DNA of 64,000 nucleotides from Fistulifera solaris (lineage: Eukaryota). Every line of letters starts with the position of its first letter. Position 1 is the first letter of the stretch. The stretch is from NCBI GenBank assembly GCA_030295235.1, contig AP026125.1, forward strand, positions 744,001 to 808,000, given 5' to 3'. The notes below the pieces were generated by a model, which was not told where the DNA came from, did not search any database, and saw only the letters and a program-made list of their open reading frames with translations. The position numbers and the translations under genes were made by a program. This document shows positions 1-12,272 of this stretch, one piece after another.

Positions 1-797
1 CGGCAGGGACGCCTGCATAGTAGTCAACGTATCCAGGAGGAAGGCAACTGCAAAGATCAAAGAACAAGCGAGGAGGACATGAGCGTGTGCACATAAATTG
101 AACACAGATTCTTCGTTAAAATGCCAATATAACTTACGAGTTGGACGTAATGTAGCGCCACTGTTTTTGTTGACGGCAATAGTGGGTCAGGCAAATTCAA
201 AAGCTTATGAGAAAGATCAAATTCAAAAGGGAACAGAGAGCATACTTTACAACGTACCTGAAGGAGGACTTGACTGCCCACCAAGTTGCTGGGCAAGCGA
301 AACTTCATGGTGTACGCCAGGTGTCGACCGGCCAAGTAACCGCGTTCGGGATAATTGGGATCCTGGGGCAAACCGTAGTCCACATCCTGCACAAATTCCA
401 ACGGGTACGAGTCCAAACAGGCCTGTGTCGACTGACGACCCTTGGGACAAGCACGAAGTTCAATGTGTCCCCAATGATGCGCCGTGATTTCGGTCTCGAC
501 CGTTATGATTTGACCGCGCTGGTACGTGGCCTGCGGCTTCCAGGGCATCGGAACTCCGGTCGAGTCGAGCCACTTGTCGTAGTCGTTGGCCTCGCCTTTA
601 CCGCAGACACCGCTGTTGCGGTTCAAGCAATGCCAGCAATACTCCTTGGGCGGCACACCCTGCTTGGCACCAGTGGTTCCTTCCGCGTTAGCAACCTCAT
701 TGCGACTGCGAGGCGAAACAAGACCACCGTGCGACTCGACGCCGGGCATCAAAGTCACGAAGTACATCAAAGACGAGTAGAGAAGGAAACGAACCAT
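1..797 (-). CDS. Secreted lytic polysaccharide monooxygenase-like protein (chitin-binding type-4/AA15-like), 3' end runs off the window
   Basis: Signal peptide MVRFLL...VES followed directly by His1 (HGGLVSPRSRN); second His in EITAHHWGHIE; LQ|WRYITSNS|C split by GT-AG introns (~161-257 and ~48-137). Confidence 0.8.
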
Positions 798-2084
798 GTT
801 TAAGCTTTTGTTTATCTTTCGAGTGTTGATTTTGAATGAGGATTCTGTTTTATGAGTTGCAAATGGCAAATCATCGAAATTGTGAGATCCCAGCGGGATG
901 AGACTTTTGGGAGTTGCTGCTAAAGACTATATGTTATAGTCTTTAGGTTGCTGATGCAGATCGGTCCAGGGATTTTGAGTTGCGACTCCGAAGGACCAAT
1001 ATTGACAAGAATGGCCATCGCGATGAACATAGTAAATCAGTGCGTTTCTAGGTCGAAATTTTGGTTGCTAGATTGAGGCTGTACGCGATTGCCATTTCCA
1101 AATACGCGGAGATGTTCAGTTGAACGGATGATGCGCCAAAAGATGACGGGACCGCAAATATTTGATGCCATTTTATTTCCCAAAAATTCATGTTGCTTCA
1201 TCAACCATCAATGAAAAAAGTCAACCTCAAGAAGCAAACGATGCAGGGCGCAAATGAGGCTCTCTTTCCCTGTCAGAATTCGACGCGGAGTAGGATCGGA
1301 GTTGTGCTGAAAGTACTTGCCCAATGCAAGGAATTGGTTGAATGAATTAGCTTTGAGCGTTTCAACAAGATTGTGACGATCCCATGAGATTGTTGCAGCA
1401 GTTCGACGGGTTCAAGCTTCTACAGGGGACAGAATGGGCTTATCTATATTTTTAGCGGCAATGGTAGAGCCCGTCCCGTCACCCAGGACCGCTGTCAAGG
1501 CAATTGCAAACTCATCGTTCTGACGTACAACTACATAGGCGTCTCGGAGATTGATTAGGGAACGAAGCGCTAAGATGAAGCATCATAGCTTTGGTGATGG
1601 TTCACAAGTACAAGTGAATGATATCAGTTCTAGCATCAACATCAACACAAACGCATAATCAACGAAAAAATAATAATGAGCCTGCAATCACGTCGTAACG
1701 TTATTGGGTGTAGATACGAAGTACAGTGTAGATCTGAATATTCAGAAAATTCGTACCGGGAATCAAACTGTAGAAAGCGGCACACGACAGTAGCTTTATT
1801 TGTAGACGGAACCGTGTTGCTGCCACGTCTTTGCGAGCTCGATGCTCGATGCTCGATGCACGATGTCCGTGGGCAAATAAGCAACAAAACGTTCACCAGC
1901 AACGCAGTCATAAAACAACACTGTCAAGAAGTTTGCTTTTGGGACAAACAAGAAGTACACATTGTAGCTTAACAATCCGCTCTCTCCTTTCGCTTCGAAC
2001 AATTTATCGTAAAGAATATCAAGTAACTGTACTTCGAACTCGTCCTTGTTGAAATTAAATAAACAAGATCGTCGAAAACTCGTC

Positions 2085-3810
2085 ATGACAAGTATCGCCG
2101 AATTTTCGGCCAAGATGAATTTTCCAGGTCCAGTTGGAGCCAAACGACGACGCATGCGCAGTGGTGGCAATGTTTCGATTCAATCAAATAGCTCCCCGCC
2201 AAGTCCTGTCGAAAATATCTCGGAGGAAAAAACATCTCAAACGTCAAAATGCAAAGGAGCAAAAACCATCCCCATTTTTCTGAAGAGTAAGTCGAAGAAA
2301 TATTCTCAGACCTTTTGCCTTCTCTTGATGAAGTGAGGCCCGTCCACTCGTTTGGCTCTCTTTCTCACCTATTATTTCTTCCGTTAATCAGAGACGTATA
2401 AAATGATTGATACGTGCGATCCGGAGATCGCATCATGGTGAGTTTCTCTTTTCGCCCGTTCATTGGAGAAAACTTCCCCATCTTTCATTAAGGTTTTGTT
2501 CCTGGATGTTCGTGGTAAAAGCAGTATCCTTTTTGAAGTACAACCACCCCAATTTTCCGACCTGTTGTTCAAATCTCTAATCGGAACATGGTTTTCTCAC
2601 TTGACGCCTTCACTTTTTCAGGACTTCCGATGGAGAAATGTTTGTTGTAAAAGATCCCGATCTGTTTGCCTCACAAATTATTCCGCTTTACTTCGAGCAT
2701 AATAAATTTAGCAGCTTTGCTCGCCAGGTAAGAAGGTTTGTGTAGCTTATATTTGGAAATTGGAGATGCATATCAACGTCGGGGGTTGTAATTTTTATAC
2801 CAGTCTCTTTTCTTCCCCTCACTTTTTGTCTTTTTTGCCAGCTGAACTTCTATGGGTTTCGTAAGATGCAGGCCAAGCCTATCCGAAATAGTGATTACGA
2901 TGCGGGGACGGCGAAGCATGTCACGTTTTACAATGAGAACTTCAAACGTGGGCGTTGTGACTTGCTGAAATTGATTCAGCGTTCGACTCGAGGAGGAACC
3001 GCAGCTACTGGTGGAGACCCGACCAAGGAAGTACAAAATCTCCGTGAATACGTCTCGAACCTCGAACATAAAATCTCGGAGATGAGTGATGAGTTCGAGG
3101 ACCGTGTGAGACGCCTCGAGTTGGATATGCTGGCGCGTATGGAGCAGATGATGCTTTCGATCCAGCAGCAGCAAAATCAAATCCATTTCCAGAAGAACAC
3201 GTCTATCGGAAGTGTGGCTCATTCGAGCTCATCGCAATCAGGCGGATTAGCGCAGAACAGCCAAAATACCAACGGCACCTTCCTTCCATATCCGAGAGGG
3301 GATTCGATACAGTCAACGGTTTCATTGGGTCTTAGTTCTTTGGGTGTACCTACCGGATTGAATACTATGAGTTCGTTTGGATTCCAGCAACCTCAAATGC
3401 CACTGAATAGCATGTCGGCACCGCCCACGTTACCGCCTCACCCGAAACAGAAACAGCTTCCCTTGAATGGATTTCCTCCGATGAATGAATCAACTGACCG
3501 CTTGAATTCTTTACGAGGAATATCGCAGTTTTCACGCGGTTTATCTCGCGGCGCTTCCGTCGAATCAAGTGCATCGGCGGCTTTGTTGCGTAACTCGTGG
3601 GACGAGAAGCTCTTTTCGATGCTCATGTCGGAAGGCGAGCACAATGGTACGAATTTGAATGGAGCTGCTTTGGTCAATCCTACGCCGATGGCAGAGGGAC
3701 ATAATGCGGCCGCTCAAGTAGTTTCGAATCGTTCATCGAAATACCACGAAGATCCGGCGGATGATGGTGCAAACGACATGAGTTCTGTCTCTAGTTCGGA
3801 TATCCCCTAG
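2085..3810 (+). CDS. Heat shock factor (HSF-type DNA-binding) transcription factor, 4 exons
   Basis: Spliced exons give PIFLK-KTYKMIDTCDPEIASW-TSDGEMFVVKDPDLFASQIIPLYFEHNKFSSFARQ-LNFYGFRK, then a coiled coil and a Q/S-rich tail; gt..ag introns start near 2287, 2438 and 2728. Confidence 0.93.
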
Positions 3811-4129
3811 TCCATCGAGCATATCTGCATCCTCTACCTATTTGGCCATCATTAAAATTTGTTGTTTTTATCTATCTCTCGCCACAATTTTTCGGATTGA
3901 TCCTGTACTTCTTTTAGGTTACCTGGATTATAATATGGATAGGCACAATTCTGAGACAGCACGTGATTTCATAAGTGGAAGTACTATTATGATTTTGATG
4001 CTACAGTGATCGAGTGGAAAGATCTTGTTTGAAACACTGGGTTGAAAACCTGGGAGCGTTTTCAAACTTTGAATTCGAGCTCTGAGCATGGCTACAACAA
4101 TGAGGTAAGTGGGTGCGGGCTTGTATATT

Positions 4130-4206
4130 TAGACTGATGGCGGATGGATGCTATTCGCTTACTAGCACTTGACGATTCCTAGACTGATGGCGGATGGATG
4201 CTATTC
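4130..4206. repeat. 27-bp direct repeat, two copies 50 bp apart
   Basis: tagactgatggcggatggatgctattc at 4130 and 4180. Confidence 0.85.
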
Positions 4207-4632
4207 ACTCAGTACAAGCTGCAATGTGATCCTCTATCTGGTATCAACCTGCGATAACGCTAGCCTGGAACCGGAGTGACAGTGACATTCTCCTTGCGTG
4301 TTCGCAATAAATCAAACACGACTCATGAGTCACGGGCGTCACGGAGATTGACATCGTGTTTCATTTACATAATGAAAAACTTGTTTGTAAAATTTTGCAC
4401 TTCCGTAACTTAATTGTGAAATAAGGTACTTAGCGACAATAAATGAACCCATTCTATAACGGAAACTTGTGCGGAGAACAGTGTAGAACCTTCAACACCG
4501 AACACCGAACACGAAAACGTCTGGTGGAAATTTTCCCACACACCGTCACCTTTTTCCACGGGCAAGCATGACAACAGTCGTGAGATGTTTCAAATAGTTT
4601 AACATCTTCTATGGCCTGTCATAACAACTGAA

Positions 4633-7600
4633 ATGGATTCAATTAAAGAAGAAAAAGAGGAAGATGCTCCGCACGTAGCCATTCTACGAAGAGTGGCGCT
4701 TTTTATGGATGGAATGGCTCGAGCCATCACCCTTCCCTTCGGGCCTCCTCTTGTGCATCGATTGGTGAGCGGCAATTCTGATTCCGATACATCTCCGTGG
4801 CCCACCGCGGCATGGTTTTCGTTTATTGTTTCGATATATATTGTGGGGCGATGGGTAGGGACGTCTCTCGCGTTTCGATTGGAAATGGAGGCAACGCCCA
4901 TATTTGTGGCGCGGCTCGGAGGGATTTTATTATCGTTGCATGTGTTTACATACGGTGCTGGTCTCGACTCGGCTCAAGTACTCGTGGCAATTCGATTTTT
5001 GACAGCAGTCACAGCGGGATTTCTGTGTGGCCTCACTCGATCGATACGCCTACCCGAAGATGATCGTTTGTCTCTTTCGTCGGATGAATTGGATGAAGAC
5101 ACGCTGCAGGCTACACGAAGACGCGAAGGGTATATTGATATAGCCTCCGGTACGGCAAAAATATATTTGATGGGTTTTACGGCATCTATTATATCAGGTG
5201 GCCTGCTATTTCGAAAGGCTACAAAAGATTCTACATTTCAAACTCTCACGGGGGCATCTCTCTACACCTGGTCGCCACTTTTCCTCATTTCATTGGCGGC
5301 TGCAACGGAAGCTAGTCTTCGATGGATTTTCGATTGGTCAAAACGTCGTGCTTCAGGATGCAATCATCATGATCAGGTACCTTTACTGCAATTTTCATCC
5401 GACCTAGAGTCGCGACTTGATGACAATGAGAACAGTCTCGAACAATGGAGTGATAATCAGTCTTTCAAATCTGTTCAACTCGACATGTTTCACAGCCCGA
5501 GTCGTTCCAGGCACGGATCATATACCAGCGTGGACGATTTTTATGACTGTCGATCTGTTTTATCGGACGGGGGCTCTGTTGATTTTACCGAATCGCGACT
5601 CGACGCCGGCGATTCATGGGTGGCTAAATACGTTGACGGAAAGTGTGTTTATTCGGATGGATCGCCTGCTTACGTGCCTGCGGGAGATTCATCAGGCACT
5701 GTTCCGAAGAATTTCATGAAATTTTATGGCAATAATCAAGCAAAGGCATTAAAAGCTTGGCGGGCAACACAAACTTGGAGGAAAGATCAGGGCGTGTGGA
5801 ACATCCATTCAAAGCCAAACAAGTGGTACTACAAGGTCAAGAGGCATACCCTCACTTCGTTCACGGATACAGCAAGGCTGGATACCCAGTGATTTACGAA
5901 CAACCCGGAAAAATGAATCTAAAGTCGCTTTTCGCCAGTGGTTGTCAAGTTCCTGACATGTTGCGCCATTACATCTTTTTCATGGAGTTTGTCTCGAACC
6001 GTATCTGCACCAAACCAGAAATTCGTAGAATAATAGATCAGGATGGAAGTCCTCGCTGTTCATCTTCTTGGGGTACCATGGTTGTGCTCGATATCAAAGG
6101 AGCTGGTCTCGGTCTTCTCAGTGGTGACGTTATCAAATATCTAAAAGAAGCGGGTGATACCAATTCACAACACTATCCACTGTCAATGAAAAGAGCATTT
6201 GTGATCAATGCTCCCTTCTTTGTTGCGGGAGCCTGGTCTGGCTTAAAGAATTCCATTGTTCCCGCCTCGGTGCAAGTTGATTTATTGTCGGAGAGCAAGT
6301 ACTTAAACGCATTGAGAGAGTACATCGATGATGACCAGATTCCACCAGAGTATGGAGGCTCCAGTCCATACAAGCTTGGTGAGCATCCATACGAGGTAGA
6401 GTTTGAAAAGCTAGCAAGTGACAACATGAAAATCAATGAAGAGAATGTCAGCGGTCGGGCGACGTGCGTCTCTCCGCAACCACCACGGACGACAATAAGG
6501 GTTGATACCGATGTTGAACGGGGATACCCTCTCAGTTCGCCACCCGTCTCGTCGTCGAATTCCCAGTTTCGGCGGCGATTACCTTCTGTCGATAAAGTAT
6601 CACGCAGCGTCCTGCGCGGAAGCTCCCATGGGTCGATCAAAACCATTGCGGGAGCCGACGTTATTTTCCTTGTATCTGTTGTTCATTGCATTTGGAGTGC
6701 ATTACAAGGTGCTATTGAAACTACTATTCCTCTGTGGATGCTGTCATCTTCTTCATTGGGAGGTCTGGGCTATTCACCGTCGCGAAGTGGTATTACCATG
6801 TTTGTTTCGTGTTTGATACTTCTTTGGGTTTTGAGAACCAGACCCTCTCGACTTGTGTCTCGAATACCATGCAAAGCTCCTTTGCGAGCATTGCGTATCG
6901 GTGCAGGTTCAGAAGCTGCTTTGCTTGGTATTTTAGCTTTTGTTGCGAAATCAAGAGAGTGAGTGATAATCATTTCGTTCCACTTTGTGCTCTCATGCAT
7001 AAAAATCTCACGTTCATCTTACTGCTTTACAGAGATGCTTTGCGAACGGATTCTGTGTTCGTTATGACGACGACCATCGTCGCTTCCGCTTCTTTGGCCT
7101 TAGCCAGCATGGTGGGAAGATCAGCGTCAAAAATCCTGCATCGCATTGCCACCGAAAGTTATCTACGAGATGCCAGGCAGGTTAAATTCATGCCAAATCC
7201 GACAACCATGCCCAGTTTTAAGATGGAAAGCGAAATGGGTCGATGGACTGCGTTTCTCAATATTGCTTCTGAAGTGATTGGTTCTATTGCTTCCGCGGCT
7301 ATATGGTCCTGGTCGGTCTCTCACGGCAGTTTCCTCCCATTTGATTCGGCGTTGACGTTTATCTTGTTGTCGATTTCTGCTTTTGCACTATACACGTGGT
7401 CATTCTCGCTCTATTTGAATCCAGCCGGAGAGTTTGCCCCTCACCCGGAAGATAGTCAAAGTACATCCCGTTGGAGTCGCTTGTTACTCTTTCTCCGTGA
7501 AATTATCTCCGTATCAGGCCGCGATATGGCATCGTTGTTTGAAGAGAGTAACTGGGCCCCTAATCATCCCGTGTTACTGAGTAGCCGATCACGGTCACGG

Positions 7601-7678
7601 ACCTTGTCGGGGGCATCGGTGCGGTTGGTAGAATTCTATGACAGTCGATCGGCAACTGTTCGTGGCAAAGTCATATGA
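4633..7678 (+). CDS. Multi-pass membrane protein with an internal CRAL-TRIO (Sec14) lipid-binding domain
   Basis: ORFs 4633-5892, 5757-6962 and 6734-7678 join via a 1-nt frameshift (~5839) and an intron (~6959-7032). Sec14 motifs: YPHFVHGYSKAGYPVIYEQPG, VVLDIKG, HYP..AFVINAP, IPPEYGG. Hydrophobic helices on both sides. Confidence 0.75.
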
Positions 7679-8178
7679 TAGTAGCACGCTAAAATAAATG
7701 TATGTTTGTGGTCTGCAGAGATTGTTCCCTATAGTTCGTGCATGTTCACTAGCCTTAGTGACGTGTTGCTCTAGTACCAGCTAGAAAAATAGAAAGTGGG
7801 ATACTATAGAAGAGCGAGCTACTGTCAATATGTTTTTGAAACCGATCGAGGGTTTGACAATTCAAGGTCGTATGCCACAGACCGCTTTGATTAAAAATGT
7901 AATGCGGTCGATCCTCTAGCGTGTAGCTGATCCATGACTGAAATGCAGCCGAGGTGAAAGATGATCGCCTACACTTCAATCTACAGTACCTGGTATTTGT
8001 GGACGACAATGATCTTTCCGACGTCCATTCTCGACGCTCGCACTGCAATGGTGCGCGTTAACGATTTTCATTCAACAAAATGTTGATAATTGGAGCACGA
8101 CAAGTGGAACATAATGACCGTGAGCCTATGCCTGAAATGTAGTCGTGGAAATGTTAAGACGACACTCTGCTGGAAAGA

Positions 8179-8243
8179 CGTTAAAATTCTGCCTCTCAGT
8201 ACAAGTTTCTACGTAGTGCCTACGGCGAGGCAGAATTTTAACG
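8179..8243. repeat. Perfect 17-bp inverted repeat with a 31-nt loop
   Basis: cgttaaaattctgcctc (8179-8195) and gaggcagaattttaacg (8227-8243). Confidence 0.9.
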
Positions 8244-8287
8244 CCGTTTCAGATTCTATTATAAGACAGAGTAAGATGAAAACGATT

Positions 8288-8990
8288 GTCCAGAAAATCT
8301 GGACCACCCCAGATTTTCTTTAAGCATTTTTATTTTAAAAGAAAATAATACACTTGGTCCAGAATTTCTGGACCACCCCAGATTTTCTGTATGAATGAAA
8401 TACACCTGGTCCAGAATTTCTGGACCACCCCAGATTTTCTGTTATGAATGAAATACACTTGGTCCAGAATTTCTGGACCATCCCAGATTTTCTGTTATGA
8501 ATGAAATACACTTGGTCCAGAATTTCTGGACCGACCCCAGTTTTTTGTATGAATGAAATAATACACTTGGACCAACCCCAAATTTTCTGTATGAATGAAA
8601 TACCTGGTCCAGAATTTCTGGACCACCCCAGACTTTTCAACGAAGATTTTCTGTATGCATGAAATACAGCAAGTCCAGAATTTCTGGACCACCCCAGATT
8701 TTCTGTAACCTTACCTGGAATGAATCAAATACACCTGGTCCAGAATTTCTGGACCACCCCAGATTTTCTGTATGAATGAAATATAGCTGGTCCAGCGTTT
8801 CTGGACCAACCCCAGATTTTCTGTATGAATCAAAACAGCTGGTCCAGAGTTTCTAGAGACCAACCCCAGACTTTCTTTCTGAATGAATGAAGGTTCGGGA
8901 AAAAGTGTACACTCACGTAGGCCCCCCGTAGAAAAATGTACCAAGCAGAGGTGCGTTCCCGTGTCTCCCTGGTCCAGAATTTCTGGACCA
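8288..8990. repeat. Palindromic minisatellite, ~52-bp unit, ~12 copies
   Basis: Unit GGTCCAGAATTTCTGGACC-accccagattttctgtatgaatgaaatacac; starts near 8288, 8356, 8408, 8461, 8514, 8569, 8606, 8672, 8737, 8789, 8841, 8971. Confidence 0.95.
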
Positions 8991-9072
8991 ACAAAAACGC
9001 ACAAAAAAATGATCACAAAATTTTTGCGGCTTCATCCCATCATTATTCCTTGCCTTGTTGCATCGAACTATC

Positions 9073-10161
9073 ATGCCCAATCGATTTTTACATATTTTAG
9101 GAGATGCATTCGTCGATCATTTTTGTTATTTAGACGGTGATTGGCCGGAAAAGGGAGGAGACGCTCTGTTGAGTCAACCCATTCGATTGTACGCAGGCGG
9201 TTCGTCGGTGAACACCGCAACACAGTATCAATCCCTTGTGACGCAATCGTCATCGACGCCCGCCGTATTGGAGTTGCACACTGTATTGAATGAACATGAT
9301 TCTTACGGACAGCTTTTGTTGGAGCACGCACAGCAGCACAACTTTGCTCTGATCAATTGTCGTCGCCCCTCCGACTCTTCTTCGACGGGTCATTGCATTG
9401 CCATCGTATCCCAAGGAGAACGTACGTTCATGACACATCCCGGTTGTGTGCACCAATTTACGGCTGAAAACGTTTCCATGGAACGCATCATTCAGCACGA
9501 CGGTAATGTACACATTCACGTGGCAGGATATTTCAATATTACGGGATTTTGGCACGGAGCATTGCGTGATTTATTACAATCCATTCGATCCGAACGAGCC
9601 AAACGGTATCCGCTCTACTCGACCACCATTTCTCTCGTGACACAACACGATGCATCCAATCAATGGGATGGTGGTATCGATGATGTCGTGTCGTGTTTGG
9701 ATTTCATCATCGTGAACGAATTAGAAGCCAATCACATTATGCAACGAGGAGGACGCTACGACGAATCCATTCCATCGAATGATCCTCTACAAGACTGGAT
9801 TTCTTTCTGGTCACCATTGAATCCCAAAGCATGCATTGTTGTCACACGAGGGTCGGAAGGAGCCGTCGCGTTTCGTAATGGAGAAGTGTTAGCGTCTCTC
9901 CGTCCAGCCGTTCCCGTTCCGGTGGTGGATCCGACAGGAGCGGGGGATGCGTTTGCTGCGGGATTTCTCTATGGTATCTGGAGTGAACACAATAATAATC
10001 CAACAAATCATCCAGACGTCTTGTCGGCTCACGATATAGCCAACGGGCTTCAATGGGGCTGTGCTGTCGGCACCGCGTCGGTTCAGGTTCGTGGAGCCAG
10101 TGTTCCCTGTCACATCGAATCTATTCGTGAAATTTATCAGAAGCAAATGGAGAATAGATAG
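9073..10161 (+). CDS. PfkB/ribokinase-family carbohydrate kinase
   Basis: N-terminal GDAFVD and AGGSSVN, NELEA, VTRGSEGA, and the PfkB signature VVDPTGAGDAFAAGFLYG. Confidence 0.93.
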   Translation: MPNRFLHILGDAFVDHFCYLDGDWPEKGGDALLSQPIRLYAGGSSVNTATQYQSLVTQSSSTPAVLELHTVLNEHDSYGQLLLEHAQQHNFALINCRRPSDSSSTGHCIAIVSQGERTFMTHPGCVHQFTAENVSMERIIQHDGNVHIHVAGYFNITGFWHGALRDLLQSIRSERAKRYPLYSTTISLVTQHDASNQWDGGIDDVVSCLDFIIVNELEANHIMQRGGRYDESIPSNDPLQDWISFWSPLNPKACIVVTRGSEGAVAFRNGEVLASLRPAVPVPVVDPTGAGDAFAAGFLYGIWSEHNNNPTNHPDVLSAHDIANGLQWGCAVGTASVQVRGASVPCHIESIREIYQKQMENR

Positions 10162-10192
10162 CATAGAAATTCTAGTAGTTAGCTGCTGTAAT

Positions 10193-12119
10193 TCATTTTT
10201 CCGAGAATTGAAATTCAGGTTCGGGTAAACCACGAATTCCTCGCGGAGCTTGTACGCGGTAAAGACCTCCACCATCCGGTCCGCGCGTTGTAATGAAAAT
10301 CTGATCCAAATTGGGTCCGCCAAATGTCACAGATGTAGGACTCTTAACTGGTAAGTGGACGATATAGTCTATAGCTCCGCTGTTGGGATCGATACGCACG
10401 ACTTGGCTGGCTCCAGTGAGGGCAACCCACAAAAAGCCATCGGCGTCTTTATGACATAAAAAAAGAATTAGAATGACGAAAAATTAATAGGCAGCCAATA
10501 TCAATTACCGCATGTCACTTACCTACTTGTGCGCCATCTGGACCCCCGGGCATACTTGCTGGCATAGTCCAAATTAATTTTCGGTTGGACAATTTTCCAC
10601 CAAATCCGACTGGGTAGTCGAACGAGTATATTTTCCGTGTCGGTGTATCACAAAAATACATTTTATCACCCGATGCGGGGAAGGAAATGCAATTTGAAAC
10701 GCGATAGTCCATGGATTCGTCAAGTAAAGACTCTAAAAAACCGTCCTTGTTCAAGCGATAAAGGCCAGCAATGTTAGCATCTCCCAAAGGTGATCTGTGA
10801 TAAGTGTTGTACATCCCAATCACGAAACGACCCTGGCGATCCACTCGACCGTCATTTGGTCGCGTGACATCTGTTAGTTCGGGACGATCGCACAATATAC
10901 GAGGGCCCACCGCAAAGTCTGTGGTATCGGGAGAAACGAAAAGTCCTAAAATCGCTTTTTCGCCAGCCACCACAAGTGATCCCCGTCGATTTGATTCCAT
11001 GAGACCAATACAGCCAACAACCGTATTTGCCAGCCTTCGGTATGCTGGCTCGGTTCGTGTTAACGTCCAAATTTCACCCTCTGGAGCGGAAACCCAATAA
11101 AGAGCTTGGTCTCGCACCGACCAGATGGGTGACTCGCCAAGCACATTGGTGCACGGCACCTCCAACTGCGCTGATAGTTCTTTTGGTCGAGCATATACTC
11201 GCGACATTGTTACAGATCCATCCACAATTCTGGTGAACGAGTCGGCCGTAAGCGATGCTCCACCAACGAGTGCTCCGTCAACATCTGGCATACTCATCAG
11301 TGCATCGACGTTCTCAGGATTCACACTGCCCCCATATTGGATTCGAACGCTATCGGCTGCCTGATATCCATACATATCAGCTAAAGTTTTCCGAATGACA
11401 GTATGCGCTACCTGCGCTTGCTCTGGTGTTGCGACTTTCCCTGTTCCGATGGCCCAAACAGGCTCGTAGGCGATGATAATGCGACTGAGGTCATTGATGC
11501 TTACTCCTTTCAAACCTTTTCGGATTTGAACGTCACAAACACTAGCCAGTAGCTTGCTCTCGTATTCGTCTTCCGTCTCCCCAACGCAGAGAATGACACC
11601 AAGACCTGGTTCCGCTAGACAAAGATGTAATTTCTTGTTGATGTCAGCATCCGTCTCACCAAAGAGAGCCCGACGTTCCGAATGTCCGAGCATGACATAG
11701 TCAACGCCGATGGATCTCACCATGGAAGCGGAAACTTCGCCAGTATATGCTCCCGATGTCTGAAGAGCGACATTCTGCGCTCCGACTTTGATTCCAGTAC
11801 CTTGCAGCACCAAGAGAGCCTCAAGAAGGAAAGGGAAAGGAGGAAAGACAACAACTTCGACGTCTAGTTGAGCTGGAGTGCGATGATTCACAAAGTTTGC
11901 ATGCAAAAGCTTAAGCAATTGAGATGCCTCTGCGATAGTTTTCGGGTTCAGTTTCCAGTTTCCCGCTATCACAGGGCGACGTGCTGAGAAAAGAGTTGAT
12001 AATGATCGATGATGATGATACGTCGGGCGTTGGAGATTCTTTCCTTGCAGCACAAACGCTCCAGCCGGATTCATGTAGAACAGAATTGCTAGAAGGACGG
12101 CTGTGCAGAAGGATTTCAT
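10193..12119 (-). CDS. TPI: Plastid-targeted triosephosphate isomerase fused to an SMP-30/gluconolactonase beta-propeller
   Basis: Signal peptide + AGAF; TPI motifs IAGNWK, GHSERR, AYEPVWAIGTG, YGGSV, LVGGASL; in the same ORF GESPIW, RPNDGRVD, SNCISF, GGPDGAQV; intron ~10449-10520; last exon LWVAL..PTSVTFGG. Start set at the second Met because the paralog at 63639 lacks the first ATG. Confidence 0.92.
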
Positions 12120-12272
12120 GATAACGGAAGAGGTAACTCGCATTTTCTATCATGTAAATCGATCCAGTTTGGTCAGGAATATAAATATGATCTCAATTGT
12201 CATCATATCTTTCTCGCTCGAGCCGCGATCGCATATCCATCATCGCATCCATCATCCATCTCACAATAAAAT

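Noticed and set aside
1837..1866. gctcgat heptamer run (also catgatg/atgatca runs at ~61176-61240)
   Set aside because: Short simple repeats with no further supporting structure.
8288..8990. CRISPR array
   Set aside because: The sequence between palindromes is conserved rather than unique spacers, there are no cas genes, and the context is eukaryotic.
8356..8990. Heat-shock-element array bound by the nearby HSF
   Set aside because: The core is GAA-T-TTC with one spacer base; a canonical HSE needs GAA-NN-TTC.
8335..9016. Minus-strand ORFs with VQKFWT/SRNSGP repeats
   Set aside because: Translations of the minisatellite with shifting frames.
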